This document shows, in pieces, positions 9,338 to 19,447 of a stretch of DNA of 64,000 bases. The notes under the pieces are model-generated. The model saw only the letters and a program-made list of their open reading frames with translations. It was not told the DNA's origin and ran no database searches. The position numbers were made by a program, and so were the translations under genes. Every line of letters begins with the position of its first letter. Position 1 is the stretch's first letter. This DNA is from an uncultured Solirubrobacterales bacterium (GTDB lineage Bacteria; Actinomycetota; Thermoleophilia; Solirubrobacterales; Solirubrobacteraceae): positions 172,797-236,796 of the forward strand of contig CAWGIA010000001.1 in assembly GCA_963822535.1 (NCBI GenBank), in the 5' to 3' direction.

Positions 9338-10306
9338 TCAAACCGCCACCGCCAGCACGTCGTCGACCGACAGCTGGCCCGGGCGACCACCGGCTTGGGC
9401 GTGGCGAGCCGCCAGGTCACACAGCGCGGCGTTGAGCGGCGTCGGGACGCCGTGCAGGCGGCCCAGAAGCACCACCTCGCCGTTCAGATAGTCGGTTTCG
9501 ATCGCTCCGGTGCCTCGGGCCAGGCTTTGCCAGCTGGAGGAGCCGGCCCGGGGGCGATCACCGATCGGCTGCACGCCAATCCACTCGGAGCGACCGGCCA
9601 GATCGGCCACCTCTCCGGCCTCGAAGTCGATTCCAGCCGCCCGCAGCACCGCGCCGCCCTCTGACCGGACGCGCTCGTTGAGCTCGTCGGTCGCCTCGCC
9701 CGCTCCGCACAGAGCACCCGCGGCGTTGCCGAGATTCAGGATCAGCTTCGCGTACTTGAAGCGCATGATGTCGGTCCGTGCGTGGGAGGCGAACTGGGAG
9801 GCGGCCAGCGCCGCTGTGATCTGCTCGCAGAGCTCGTCGGAGCCGTCAGGGTAGACGCCGACATCGATGATTCCGCTCAGCCGCGTCCCGTACGCCAACA
9901 CCACCCCGGGCTCGATGTGCGCCGCCGGGAGCATCACCACCGCGCCGTATACGCGGGAGAACAGGCGCAGCGCGGCACGCTCGTTGTCGACCCCGTTCTG
10001 CAGGCACACGATCGGCAGCTCGGACACCCAACACTGGCGCAGAGCCCGGAGCGCCTGATCCGTGTCCTGGCTCTTCGTGGCCAGCAGCACAACGTCATCG
10101 GGCCCGAGGCCGAGCTCGGCTGGGTCCTCCGCCACCGGAAGCTCGAACACGCTGCGCCCGAGTGGCGTCTCGAGCGTCAGACCCGAGCGCCGGAGCGCGT
10201 CCAGGTGGGCGCCTCGGGCGATCAGAGCCACCTCGAACCCGCCCTCATGGAGCCGGGCGCCGACGACGCCCCCGATCGCGCCCGCGCCGAAGATGACGAA
10301 CCGCAT
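9338..10306 (-). CDS. 2-dehydropantoate 2-reductase family protein (ApbA/PanE)
   Basis: Rossmann N-terminus MRFVIFGAGAIGGVVGARL and a C-terminal ApbA_C-like region (KYAKLILN, SSWQSLARG). Confidence 0.7.
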   Translation of the reverse strand: MRFVIFGAGAIGGVVGARLHEGGFEVALIARGAHLDALRRSGLTLETPLGRSVFELPVAEDPAELGLGPDDVVLLATKSQDTDQALRALRQCWVSELPIVCLQNGVDNERAALRLFSRVYGAVVMLPAAHIEPGVVLAYGTRLSGIIDVGVYPDGSDELCEQITAALAASQFASHARTDIMRFKYAKLILNLGNAAGALCGAGEATDELNERVRSEGGAVLRAAGIDFEAGEVADLAGRSEWIGVQPIGDRPRAGSSSWQSLARGTGAIETDYLNGEVVLLGRLHGVPTPLNAALCDLAARHAQAGGRPGQLSVDDVLAVAV

Positions 10307-10353
10307 TCGCCTCAGCCTACGAAATGTCGGCTCGAGGCCGTCGCCGGGGGTGT

Positions 10354-11910
10354 TCAGACGGCGTTGGCCGCAGCGGTGAGGTCGTACAAGCGAACCTGAT
10401 CGCGCCCGTGCTGCTTGCTCCAGTACAGCGCCTGATCGGCGCAGCGAATCAACTCGGCCGGATCCTCGGCACTCGTGGCGTCGCAGATCCCGGCGGAAAC
10501 CGTGATCTGGGGCATCGGGCTATCGCCGTCCGCGATCGCCCGCCGGGCGCGCTCGACGGCCAGCAGGGCCTCCTCGCGCGTCGTCTCGGGTAGGACCCAG
10601 GCGAATTCATCCCCGCCCACGCGCGCCAGGGTGTCCTCGGACCGGGCCAGACCGGCCAGGCATCGCGCGACCCAGATCAGCATCTTGTCCCCGGCCTCGT
10701 GACCGCCGGCGTCATTGATCCGCTTGAAGTTGTCAACGTCGATCACAGCCACTGACAGCGGTGAGTTGTGCCGCTGGGCGCGGGCCATCTCCGTACCCAG
10801 GCACTCCCGCAACGTCCGGTGATTGGCCAGGCCGGTGAGGCCATCGCTTGACGCCTCGGTGGTCAACCGGGCTCGGTCCTCGATGCTGGTGATGGCGAGG
10901 GCCAGGAGGTCACCGAAGGCGCTCAACCGGCGCTCGTCGTCGCCGTCGAGGCCGTCGGCCTGCAGAGCCGTCACGGCAAGTACGCCCCAGACCCGATCGG
11001 CCACCAGAACGGGCGTGACGATGCTGCAGCGGTAGCCGAGTCGGCTCACGGCGCTGTCCGGTTCGTGGTCGTTTATGCGAACTGCACACCGGCCTTCGAC
11101 CGCCTCGTGGATATCGCTCCCGGGACGAACCGGGACCGACGTTCCGGACGGATAGCGACCGCCGGGGTGATCCGACCAGGAGCCCATGACCAGCGTCTCG
11201 GTCGGGCTCTCCAGACGCAGGATGCCCGCGGCTCCAGCACCCAGAAGCCATCCCGCTTCGCGCGCGACAAGCTCGTAGAACTCCGCCGGGGACCCACCGC
11301 CCACGACCGCGGTGGCAACCCGTTTGAGCGCACTCTGCTCTGCCGCCAGCTCCTCGGCCTGGAACCGCATGCGGCGCAGTAGCAGCTTGACCGCCAGCGT
11401 CGAACCGCCAACGACCAGATAGGCCGGCACGGCGATCGCGAACTGGGGCAGGAACAGGTCGTGCGTCGCGCGGGAGTCATAGAGCAGCGGCAGCGCGTTG
11501 GCCGCCACGGCGCCACCCACATACAGGGCCGCCACCCACGGGCGATACAGGTAGCCGGCCAGGATGACGACCATGAACAGGTAGACCCAGGCGGGCGAGC
11601 GAGCGCCGCCGGTGTCCGCGACCGTCACAGCGACCACAGCCAGCGAGAACACGGTCGAGAGGTGCAGCAGCGACCACGAGGCGCGATACCAGTTGACCAG
11701 GAATAGCGAGCACAACCCGACCACGGCCACCACGCCGGCCATCGCGAGCAGCGGCCCCCGATGCGCGTGGGTGACGCCGGGCAGCACGGTGAGCAGCGCG
11801 AGCGTGATCGCCGCGAGTAGGAAGCCTATGCCGCTGATCCGCCCAGCGAGCGCTCGCTCCTCGCTCCGCGTCGGTACGGCAACTGCTGGTGCGCTCGTCA
11901 ACTGGTTCAC
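10354..11910 (-). CDS. membrane-anchored GAF-GGDEF diguanylate cyclase
   Basis: N-terminal multi-TM region, a central GAF-like segment, and a C-terminal GGDEF domain (LTGLANHRTL, VIDVDNFKRINDAGGHEAGD, RVGGDEFAWV). Confidence 0.85.
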   Translation of the reverse strand: MNQLTSAPAVAVPTRSEERALAGRISGIGFLLAAITLALLTVLPGVTHAHRGPLLAMAGVVAVVGLCSLFLVNWYRASWSLLHLSTVFSLAVVAVTVADTGGARSPAWVYLFMVVILAGYLYRPWVAALYVGGAVAANALPLLYDSRATHDLFLPQFAIAVPAYLVVGGSTLAVKLLLRRMRFQAEELAAEQSALKRVATAVVGGGSPAEFYELVAREAGWLLGAGAAGILRLESPTETLVMGSWSDHPGGRYPSGTSVPVRPGSDIHEAVEGRCAVRINDHEPDSAVSRLGYRCSIVTPVLVADRVWGVLAVTALQADGLDGDDERRLSAFGDLLALAITSIEDRARLTTEASSDGLTGLANHRTLRECLGTEMARAQRHNSPLSVAVIDVDNFKRINDAGGHEAGDKMLIWVARCLAGLARSEDTLARVGGDEFAWVLPETTREEALLAVERARRAIADGDSPMPQITVSAGICDATSAEDPAELIRCADQALYWSKQHGRDQVRLYDLTAAANAV

Positions 11911-12161
11911 GTGAGGACCCTGCTCCTATATCGGCGCTTCCGCGCTGGGCCTTAGCCCTCGGGTGCCGGTTTTTAGCCCGACACACGGAGCTGCCGAGCC
12001 GGAGCAGAGCGCGCCGTGACGCACGAGCGGAATCGGGCTGACGCGCTACTCGCGAACGCGTGGGAACGGAGCGATCGCAAGCAGGCGCGCCAGCCAGGCC
12101 CCCGATCCTGCGTCACGCCGCGAAGACAGTACCAGGACTCCGCGAGTTTGTGTGTGTTTTC

Positions 12162-13659
12162 TTAGAGTTTCTGGCGGATGATCGGGTGCCGAGCCGCGCC
12201 AGCCTCATCGAGGCGTCTGACGGGTGTGGAGTAGGGGGCCCCGCGGGCGACGTCCGGGTCCTCGCGGGCCTCACGCAGAATCTCGACCACGATCTCGGCG
12301 AACCGGTCGAGCGTCTCCTTGGTCTCGGTCTCGGTGGGCTCGATCAGCAGGGCCTCATCGACCAGCAGCGGGAAGTACACGGTCGGGGGATGCACGCCGT
12401 GATCGAGCAGCCGCTTGGCCAGGTCAAGCGTCTTGACCTCGAGCTCGCGCTTCATCGGTGCACCCGAGAGCACGAACTCGTGCATGCAGATCCGCTCGTA
12501 GGCGACGGGCAGGTACTCGAGTACCCCCTCGCTGCGGAGCTTGGCCAGCAGATAGTTGGCATTGAGCACGGCGACCTCGGACACGTCCCGCAACCCGGCC
12601 GCGCCGAGCGAGCGGATGTAGGCGTAGGAACGCACAAAGACGCCGTAATTTCCCTGAAAGCCCCGGAGGCGGCCGATCGACTTGGGGCGGTCGTAATCCA
12701 GGTCGTAGCGGGGGCCGTCACCGTTGTGGCCGTCGCGACAGATGACCTGGGGCCGGGGCAGGAAGGGCTCGATCCGCTCGGACACGGCGATCGGTCCGGC
12801 CCCCGGCCCACCGCCCCCGTGCGGCTGGGTGAATGACTTGTGCAGGTTGAAGTGCACGATGTCGAAGCCCATGTCACCCGGGCGGCAGATGCCCATGATC
12901 GCGTTGAGGTTGGCGCCGTCGTAGTACAGCGTGGCTCCGATGTCGTGCACGATCCGCGCGATCTCCTCGATCGCCGGCTCGAACAGTCCCAACGTGGACG
13001 GGTTGGTGAGCATGAGGCAGGCCACGTCCTCGGTGGCCTTGGCACGCAGGTCATCCAGGTCGACGTTGCCCTGTGCGTCGGTACCGATCTTGACCACCTC
13101 GTAGCCCGCCATGGTCACCGTGGCCGGATTCGTCCCGTGCGCCGTGTCCGGGGTCAGCACCTTGGTCCGGTGCTCCCCGCGATCCTCGTGGAACGCCCGC
13201 GTGAGCAGCACGCCGGCCAGCTCGCCGTGCGACCCGGCCGAGGGGTGCAGCGAGACGTGCGGCAGCCCGGCGATCTCCCCCAGGCGCCGACTGCAATCGC
13301 CACATGAGCTCCAGCGCGCCCTGGGCGCGGTCCGGGCGCTGCAACGGATGGAGCTTGGCGTGCCCGGGGAGAGCCGCCACTCGCTCGTGCAACTTGGGGT
13401 TGTGCTTCATCGTGCACGAGCCCAGCGGGTAGAAGCCCGTGTCGAGATCGAAGTTGCGCTTCGAGAGCCGGTTGTAGTGGCGGACGATCTCGGGCTCGGA
13501 CACCTCGGGCAACCTCGGCGGCTGCGCGCGGCGCAACCTGGGTTCGAGCAGTTCGTCGAGCGGACGCTCGGGCACATCGAGTGCCGGGGCCACGAATGCG
13601 CGTCGGCCGGCTCGCGAGCGCTCGAAGATGGTCAGCTCGTCGTCGGCGGCGGCGATCAT
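12162..13659 (-). pseudogene. gcvPB: glycine dehydrogenase (decarboxylating) subunit 2, interrupted by one +1 frameshift as assembled
   Basis: The N-terminal part (13285-13659: RHYNRLSKRNFDLDTGFYPLGSCTMKHNPK) and the C-terminal part (12162-13280: EIAGLPHVSLHPSAGSHGELAGVLLTRAFHEDRGE...) are in different frames. They join if one C/G is removed near 13281-13292. Confidence 0.85.
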
Positions 13660-15029
13660 GCGCCCACCTCGTGCAGTGAACGCCGCCGTTCTCCGGCCAC
13701 CGCCCGCTCGAGGACTTCAGCCAGCCTGTCGATCTCGGCCCGCGTCCGCCGCTCGGTGATCGCCACCAGCAGCCCGTTGGGGTACTCGGGGTAGTCCCGG
13801 CCGAGCGGATACCCGGGGTTGATCCCCTGCTCGAGGCAGCGCCGGATCACGCCCTCGATCGGCGCGTCGATCGTCAGCGCGAACTCCCGCGCCACCGGCT
13901 GCTCGTGGAGCAGCTCGACGCCGTCGATCGCGGCCAGGCGCTCGCGCGCGTACGCGGTGCGCTGAAGCATCAGCTCGGCCAGCTCGACGATCCCGCGGCG
14001 CCCCAGCCAGCTCAGGTAGATGACGCCGGCCAGCGCGTTGAGAGCCTGCGCCGTGCAGATGTTCGAGGTCGCCTTCTCGCGGCGAATGTGCTGCTCGCGT
14101 GTCTGCAGGGTGAGCACGAATCCGCGCTTGCCGTCGAGGTCGCTCGTCTCGCCGGCGATCCTCCCCGGGATACGCCGGATCAGCGCCTCGGTGGCGGCAA
14201 AGAACCCGAATGACGGACCGCCGAAGTCAAGCCGGTTCCCGAGCGTCTGCCCCTCGCCGACGGCGATGTCAACCCCACATTCGCCCGGCGAGCGCAACAG
14301 CGCCAGCGGCAGTGGGTCACACGAACAGATGCAGAGTGCCCCCGCGTCGTGGGCGGCGGCGGAGAGCGCGGCCACGTCCTCCACGGCGCCGAGGAAGTTC
14401 GGCTGCTGGACGATCACCGCGCTGACGTCGTCACCGAGCTGTGGCAATGCCGTGACCCCATCCCGCAGTGGAGCCTCCTGCACCTCCATCTGCCACCCGC
14501 GGGCCAGAGTGACCAGCGTCTCGCGCGCATGGGGATGCACGCCACGCGAGATGACAAACCGCCGGCGGTCTCCCCCGGCGTGCTTGGCCACGTACCCGGC
14601 GGCCGCCACTGCGCTCGGTCCCTCGTACACCGAGGCGTTTGAGACCGGCAGACCGGTCAGCTCACAGATCGCGGTCTGGTACTCGAACATCGCCTGCAGA
14701 CCGCCCTGCGAGACCTCCGGCTGGTAGGGCGTGTAAGGCGTCAGGAACTCAGAGCGGCTCGTGATCGAATCGACCAGCGCCGGAACGTAATGGTCATACA
14801 TCCCCGCGCCCAGAAATGAAACCTCGTCCTCGGTGCTGGCGTTCCGCGCCGCCAGCGCCCGGAGCTCGTCATACACCTCCTGCTCGGACTGCCCGGCGTC
14901 CAGGGCGAGCGGGGCCTTCAGCCGCAGCCCCTCGGGGATGTCCGCGAACAGATCGTCGATTGACTCGACGCCGATCGCCGCGAGCATCTCGCGCAGATCC
15001 GAGTCCGTGACCGAGGTGTACCGCGTCAA
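13656..15029 (-). CDS. gcvPA: glycine dehydrogenase (decarboxylating) subunit 1
   Basis: Contains FLGAGMYDHYVP, TPYTPYQPEVSQG and TREQHIRREKATSNICT, characteristic of GcvPA. Overlaps gcvH and gcvPB by 4 nt. Confidence 0.9.
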   Translation of the reverse strand: MTRYTSVTDSDLREMLAAIGVESIDDLFADIPEGLRLKAPLALDAGQSEQEVYDELRALAARNASTEDEVSFLGAGMYDHYVPALVDSITSRSEFLTPYTPYQPEVSQGGLQAMFEYQTAICELTGLPVSNASVYEGPSAVAAAGYVAKHAGGDRRRFVISRGVHPHARETLVTLARGWQMEVQEAPLRDGVTALPQLGDDVSAVIVQQPNFLGAVEDVAALSAAAHDAGALCICSCDPLPLALLRSPGECGVDIAVGEGQTLGNRLDFGGPSFGFFAATEALIRRIPGRIAGETSDLDGKRGFVLTLQTREQHIRREKATSNICTAQALNALAGVIYLSWLGRRGIVELAELMLQRTAYARERLAAIDGVELLHEQPVAREFALTIDAPIEGVIRRCLEQGINPGYPLGRDYPEYPNGLLVAITERRTRAEIDRLAEVLERAVAGERRRSLHEVGA

Positions 15030-15418
15030 CTGAGCGTCGCCTCGTAAGCCGCGGCGTCGAGCAGCGACTCCTGCTCGGAGGGGTCAGACAGCTTGACCCT
15101 GACCAGCCAGCCCTCACCGTAGGGGTCCTCGTTGACCGTCTCTGGGTTGTTCGCCAGCGCGTCGTTGACGGCCACTATCTCGCCCGACAGGGGCGAGATC
15201 ACCTCGGACACCGCCTTCACCGACTCGACCTCCGTGTACGGCGCGTCCTTGGCCACCGCGGTGCCGACCGCCGGGGGATCAAAGAAAACCAGCTCACCCA
15301 GCGAGTCCTGAGCGAACCACGTGATCCCGAACGTGGCCTCGTCACCTTCGACTCGGGCCCAGTCGTGCTCAGGGTGGTAGAGCAGCCCCTCGGGATAGCT
15401 CGGATCAGCCACGCTCAT
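15026..15418 (-). CDS. gcvH: glycine cleavage system protein H
   Basis: 130 aa with the lipoyl-lysine motif VESVKAVSEV and conserved YHPEHDWARVE. Confidence 0.9.
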   Translation of the reverse strand: MSVADPSYPEGLLYHPEHDWARVEGDEATFGITWFAQDSLGELVFFDPPAVGTAVAKDAPYTEVESVKAVSEVISPLSGEIVAVNDALANNPETVNEDPYGEGWLVRVKLSDPSEQESLLDAAAYEATLS

Positions 15419-16491
15419 GACTCCTTCTTGTAGATCGGCTTGGTGCGAACGGTCGCCGCCCGGGTGCTGCCGCGAACATCGATCACGAGCTTCGTCCCGG
15501 GCTCGGAGAGCTCAGACGGCACGTAGGCCATCCCGATGCCCATCTCGAGCGATGGGGAGAAGGTGCCGCTCGTGACCACGCCGCCACCCGCGACCGGATT
15601 CCCCTGGCGGGCGATCCCGGGACCGTCGATCGCGAACGCCACGAGCTTCTCGGACGGACCTGACGCCCGGACCCGGGCCACGCGGTCTGAGCCGATGAAG
15701 TTCGTCGACTCCCGGCAGCACCAGCCGAGACCGGCCTCGATCGGGCCGCGATCCTCGCTCAGATCGTTGCCGTAAAGGTGAAAGCACACCTCGAGCCGCA
15801 GCGTGTCCCGCGCCCCCAGACCGGCTGGGATTGCGCCGGCCGCCACGACGGCGTCCCACACTTCCCACGCCCGGCCGGGCTCGATCAGCAGCTCAGCGCC
15901 CTCCTCTCCCGTGTAACCGGTGCCGCACAGGAGCACCGGCACACCGGCCAGCGAGCGCTCGCAGCAATGCATCCGAGGCGGCAGCGGACCGTCCGCGAGG
16001 CGGTGCAGCAGCTCCCGGGCCTCGGGACCCTGGACGGCCAGCATCGCGAACTCGTCGCGGCAGTCCACCACGTCGACATCGAAATCGGCCGCGCGGGCCT
16101 GGAACCAGTCCAGGTCGCGCTCGTGGTTGGCGGCGTTTGTGACTGTGAGGAAGTGGCACTCGGCCAGCCGGTAGGTGAACAGATCGTCCAGAACGCCCCC
16201 GTCCTCCCGGCACATGACGCTGTACTGGGCCCCGCCCTCGGGGAGGCGGCGCATGTCGTTCGAAAGCAGCCGCTGTAGGAAAGCCTGGGCTTCCGGGCCG
16301 CGGGTCTCGATCTGTCCCATGTGCGAGACGTCAAACACCCCCGCCCGGCCCCGGACGGCAAGGTGCTCAGGCCGGATCCCCTCGTACTGAAGCGGCATCT
16401 CGAAGCCAGCGAACGGCACGAGCTTGGCTCCCGCCGCCAGATGGCGGTCATGCAGGGGGCTGCGGCGGAGGATTTCGGCTACCGGGGCCAC
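15415..16491 (-). CDS. gcvT: aminomethyltransferase (glycine cleavage T protein)
   Basis: Contains TPLHDRH, FAGFEMPLQY and FDVSHMGQIE. GTG start at 16489-16491. First gene of the gcvT-H-PA-PB operon. Confidence 0.9.
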   Translation of the reverse strand: MAPVAEILRRSPLHDRHLAAGAKLVPFAGFEMPLQYEGIRPEHLAVRGRAGVFDVSHMGQIETRGPEAQAFLQRLLSNDMRRLPEGGAQYSVMCREDGGVLDDLFTYRLAECHFLTVTNAANHERDLDWFQARAADFDVDVVDCRDEFAMLAVQGPEARELLHRLADGPLPPRMHCCERSLAGVPVLLCGTGYTGEEGAELLIEPGRAWEVWDAVVAAGAIPAGLGARDTLRLEVCFHLYGNDLSEDRGPIEAGLGWCCRESTNFIGSDRVARVRASGPSEKLVAFAIDGPGIARQGNPVAGGGVVTSGTFSPSLEMGIGMAYVPSELSEPGTKLVIDVRGSTRAATVRTKPIYKKES

Positions 16492-16567
16492 TCTCAGGAG
16501 GCTAGCGCCGGCGCCGACGGTAACGCGCCGCGCGATGCCTCAACGGCGTCCCCTTCAACCGCGACAC

Positions 16568-17233
16568 TCAACCGCGCCGGAACACCTGAACGTTGTCCCG
16601 GATCCACAGCACCGAATCGGCGGCCGTGAACCGATCGCGCAGCGCCACCGTGGTCTCGGGATCGAGCCGAGCACCCGCCCGTTCGAACTCCACCCTCCAG
16701 TAGGCCGGAGGCTGCTCGTTGACGTGGCCCTGGCCGCCCTGACCCGGCTGAGCGGCGCTGAACACCACCACGGGGGCGATTCCCAGCACCACCTCGACCA
16801 GCCGGCGACCCAGTGCTGGAGGCAGATGTTCGGCCACCTCGAAGGAATAGGCGACGTCCGAGGAGCCCGTCACGGGCTCGCGAAGGTCAAACGAGACGGC
16901 GCGCAGCCCCTGCGCCCGGGCGAACATCCGGGCCAGCCGGCTTCGCTCGTAGGCCCGGACCGACCGTCCGGCCCGCTTGAGCCGGGCCGCGTAGACCCCC
17001 GTTCCCGCGCCAACGTCGGCAAACGAGCCGGCATCGGGGAAAGTCTCGAGCAGGCCACCCGCAACCCCGCTCGCCTGCTGGCGATTGCTCCAGTGATAGA
17101 AGGCGAACACGCCCGGGTGGTAGGTGATGGGCTCCCACCCGTGCCGCTCGCCGAAGCGCGAGAGCCTGAACACGGCCTGGAGGATCTGCTCCTTCAGCCA
17201 CGCCGTGAACCGCGCCGCCATCATGCGGCGCAA
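16568..17233 (-). CDS. class I SAM-dependent methyltransferase
   Basis: Motif I, FADVGAGTGVYAARL, in a Rossmann-like context. No more specific assignment is possible. Confidence 0.6.
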   Translation of the reverse strand: MRRMMAARFTAWLKEQILQAVFRLSRFGERHGWEPITYHPGVFAFYHWSNRQQASGVAGGLLETFPDAGSFADVGAGTGVYAARLKRAGRSVRAYERSRLARMFARAQGLRAVSFDLREPVTGSSDVAYSFEVAEHLPPALGRRLVEVVLGIAPVVVFSAAQPGQGGQGHVNEQPPAYWRVEFERAGARLDPETTVALRDRFTAADSVLWIRDNVQVFRRG

Positions 17234-17280
17234 TGTAGAAGACAGCGCCCGGTCGGTGCTCCGGGCTGCGCTCGAGGCGG

Positions 17281-18366
17281 CTAGCGGTCCTTCAGGAACG
17301 ACGGAATGTCGATGTCGTCGTCGGAGATCTCAAGCGAGGAACGCTGGCGATCATCCATCGTGACGTCCCGGTCCCGCCGCTCGCGGCGTGTGGTTTCGCG
17401 CGCCGTGCTCGGACTGCGATGCCCGTGATCGAAGCCGGTGGCGATCACCGTCACCCGGACCTCGTCACCCAGGTCGTCGTCGATCACGGCGCCGAAGATG
17501 ATGTTCGAGTTCGAGTCGGCCGCACTCTGGACGATCTCGGCCGCCTCGTTGACCTCAAACAGTCCGAGCTCGTGACCGCCGGTGATGTTGAGCAGGATGC
17601 CGGTGGCACCCTCCACGGACTCCTCCAGCAGCGGCGAGGAGATCGCGATCTTGGCCGCCTCGGAGGCGCGGTTCTCACCCGCGGCGGTGCCGATTCCCAT
17701 CAGCGCGCTGCCGGCGTCGTGCATGATCGTCCGCACGTCGGCGAAGTCAAGGTTGATGAGGCCGGGGATCGTGATCAGATCGGTGATCCCCTGAACGCCC
17801 TGTCGGAGCACGTTGTCGGCCTCGCGGAAGGCGTCAAGGATCGTCGTGCGGCGCTCGACGATCGCGAGCAGCTTCTCGTTCGGGATCACGATCAACGTGT
17901 CGACGTTCTCGCGCAGCCGCTGGATGCCCTCGTGCGCCTGGCGCGCGCGCTGGGTGCCCTCGAAGGAGAACGGCCGCGTGACCACACCCACGGTCAGGGC
18001 GCCGATCTCGTTCTTGGCGATCTCCGCGATTACGGGAGCGGCCCCGGTTCCGGTTCCACCGCCCTCGCCCGCAGTGACGAACACCATGTCCGCGCCCTTG
18101 AGCGCCTCCTTGATGTCATCGCGTGACTCGGCGGCGGCGCCGTGTCCCATCTCGGGATTCGAACCCGCACCCAAGCCCTTCGTCAGCTCGTGGCCGATGT
18201 TCAGCTTGATGTCGGCGTCGCACATCGCGAGCGCTTGCGCGTCGGTGTTGCAGGCGACGAACTCGACGCCACGCAGTCCAGCGTCGACCATCCGGTTGAC
18301 GGCGTTGGTACCCCCGCCACCGACTCCGACGACCTTGATGACTGCTAGATAACTTCCGCTTTCCAT
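17281..18366 (-). CDS. ftsZ: cell division GTPase FtsZ
   Basis: Contains [17 protein letters not shown], the tubulin signature [20 protein letters not shown] and the C-terminal peptide DIDIPSFL. Confidence 0.97.
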   Translation of the reverse strand: MESGSYLAVIKVVGVGGGGTNAVNRMVDAGLRGVEFVACNTDAQALAMCDADIKLNIGHELTKGLGAGSNPEMGHGAAAESRDDIKEALKGADMVFVTAGEGGGTGTGAAPVIAEIAKNEIGALTVGVVTRPFSFEGTQRARQAHEGIQRLRENVDTLIVIPNEKLLAIVERRTTILDAFREADNVLRQGVQGITDLITIPGLINLDFADVRTIMHDAGSALMGIGTAAGENRASEAAKIAISSPLLEESVEGATGILLNITGGHELGLFEVNEAAEIVQSAADSNSNIIFGAVIDDDLGDEVRVTVIATGFDHGHRSPSTARETTRRERRDRDVTMDDRQRSSLEISDDDIDIPSFLKDR

Positions 18367-18562
18367 GAGACTTATCCGACCCTCGATATAGGGTTGAGTG
18401 TTTAATTCCGCTAGCTGCGAGAATCGCAGTGTGGCACGTTATGGCCTAGCGTTGCTTGAAGTCAACGCGTCGGGCCCGTTCGCAACGAACGTTGCAGAAC
18501 GAGGAATTCTCAACTCACATCGAAGAGTTGGATTTTCCCGGGGGTATACCTCTACTTGAGGG

Positions 18563-19447
18563 TTACCCTGCAGGTGTAGGCGTCGTGCTCGATGCGCTCG
18601 CCGCGGTGCTGTTGGTGTCAGACCCGCCTCCGGCCACCGGCCGGTCGGGATCGGTGACATCGATGTACACGGCCCCGGCCGAGGTGGAGTTGGCCAGCAC
18701 CGCGGTGGCCGAGCTCCACTTGTCGTGCAATTGGCTCGTACTCCCGAAGTAGACGTTCGGGCCACCCCGAACCTGAGCGGTCAGTCCATGACCGGATCCA
18801 TCGGAGACCTGGCTGATGCGCGACAGGAGCTGGTACGGGGCCGCGGCCAGAAGCATGATCTCGTTCAGCGTCGTGCCGGTCACGCGAGCTCCCCCGGGTG
18901 GAATCGGCAGCGCGATGGTCGGCAACGTGGACGGCGCCACCACATCGTGCAGAAGCGTCCCGTCGGCCGAGACCGCTGTCCGCTGGCCCGCGGCCAGGAC
19001 GACCGCCACCGGGACCTGCTCGACGACCCGGATCTGCATCCCGTGCGGAAACTGAGTCGACACCTGAAGGCTCTTCACCACCGGATAGGGGGCGACCGCG
19101 GTCTGGAGCTGGTTCATCTTCACATCGAGCGTGGTCATGTTGTGCGCTGCGGCCACGAGCGCGCGACGGATCTGTGACGTGTCCGGGCCGCTCGCGCCGA
19201 TGACGCGCACGTGCTGCACGGCCACCAGCGAGGAGTCCCGCAGCCAGAGGAATGCGCCACCCAACAGGACCAGCACAGCCGCCACGGCTCCGATGAACCG
19301 GGGACCGGGACGGCGAATCGTCATCCACCGCGGCCGGCGGAGAGTCCCGGCACCGCGGCGGTACCACGACGCCGGGGGCCGGGTCCGGGTCCGAGCGCGG
19401 GCCCGGGCCCCGGGCCGCAGTGCGCCCGGCTCGCGACCGCCGATCAT
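18563..19447 (-). CDS. ftsQ: cell division protein FtsQ (POTRA domain)
   Basis: Basic N-terminus, a single TM (FIGAVAAVLVLLGGAFLWL), then a POTRA-like V..V.V.G motif. Located between murB and ftsZ. Its ATG overlaps the murB stop (ATGA). Confidence 0.75.
   Translation of the reverse strand: MIGGREPGALRPGARARARTRTRPPASWYRRGAGTLRRPRWMTIRRPGPRFIGAVAAVLVLLGGAFLWLRDSSLVAVQHVRVIGASGPDTSQIRRALVAAAHNMTTLDVKMNQLQTAVAPYPVVKSLQVSTQFPHGMQIRVVEQVPVAVVLAAGQRTAVSADGTLLHDVVAPSTLPTIALPIPPGGARVTGTTLNEIMLLAAAPYQLLSRISQVSDGSGHGLTAQVRGGPNVYFGSTSQLHDKWSSATAVLANSTSAGAVYIDVTDPDRPVAGGGSDTNSTAASASSTTPTPAG

Noticed and set aside
7551-9435. Several 300-430-aa ORFs (7551-8513 minus, 7559-8836 plus, 8137-9435 plus) overlapping the rhomboid and M20 genes
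   Set aside because: These are alternative-frame or antisense shadows with Arg/Pro-rich sequences and no motifs. The rhomboid and M20 frames carry catalytic motifs.
16492-16567. Possible glycine riboswitch in the 76-nt leader of gcvT
   Set aside because: The leader contains GAAGGGGACG, loosely like the conserved ACCGAAGGGGCAA. I could not find the flanking GGAGAG/CUCUGGAGAG elements or P1 pairing, and the gap is short for an aptamer plus expression platform. An Infernal scan with RF00504 would settle it.
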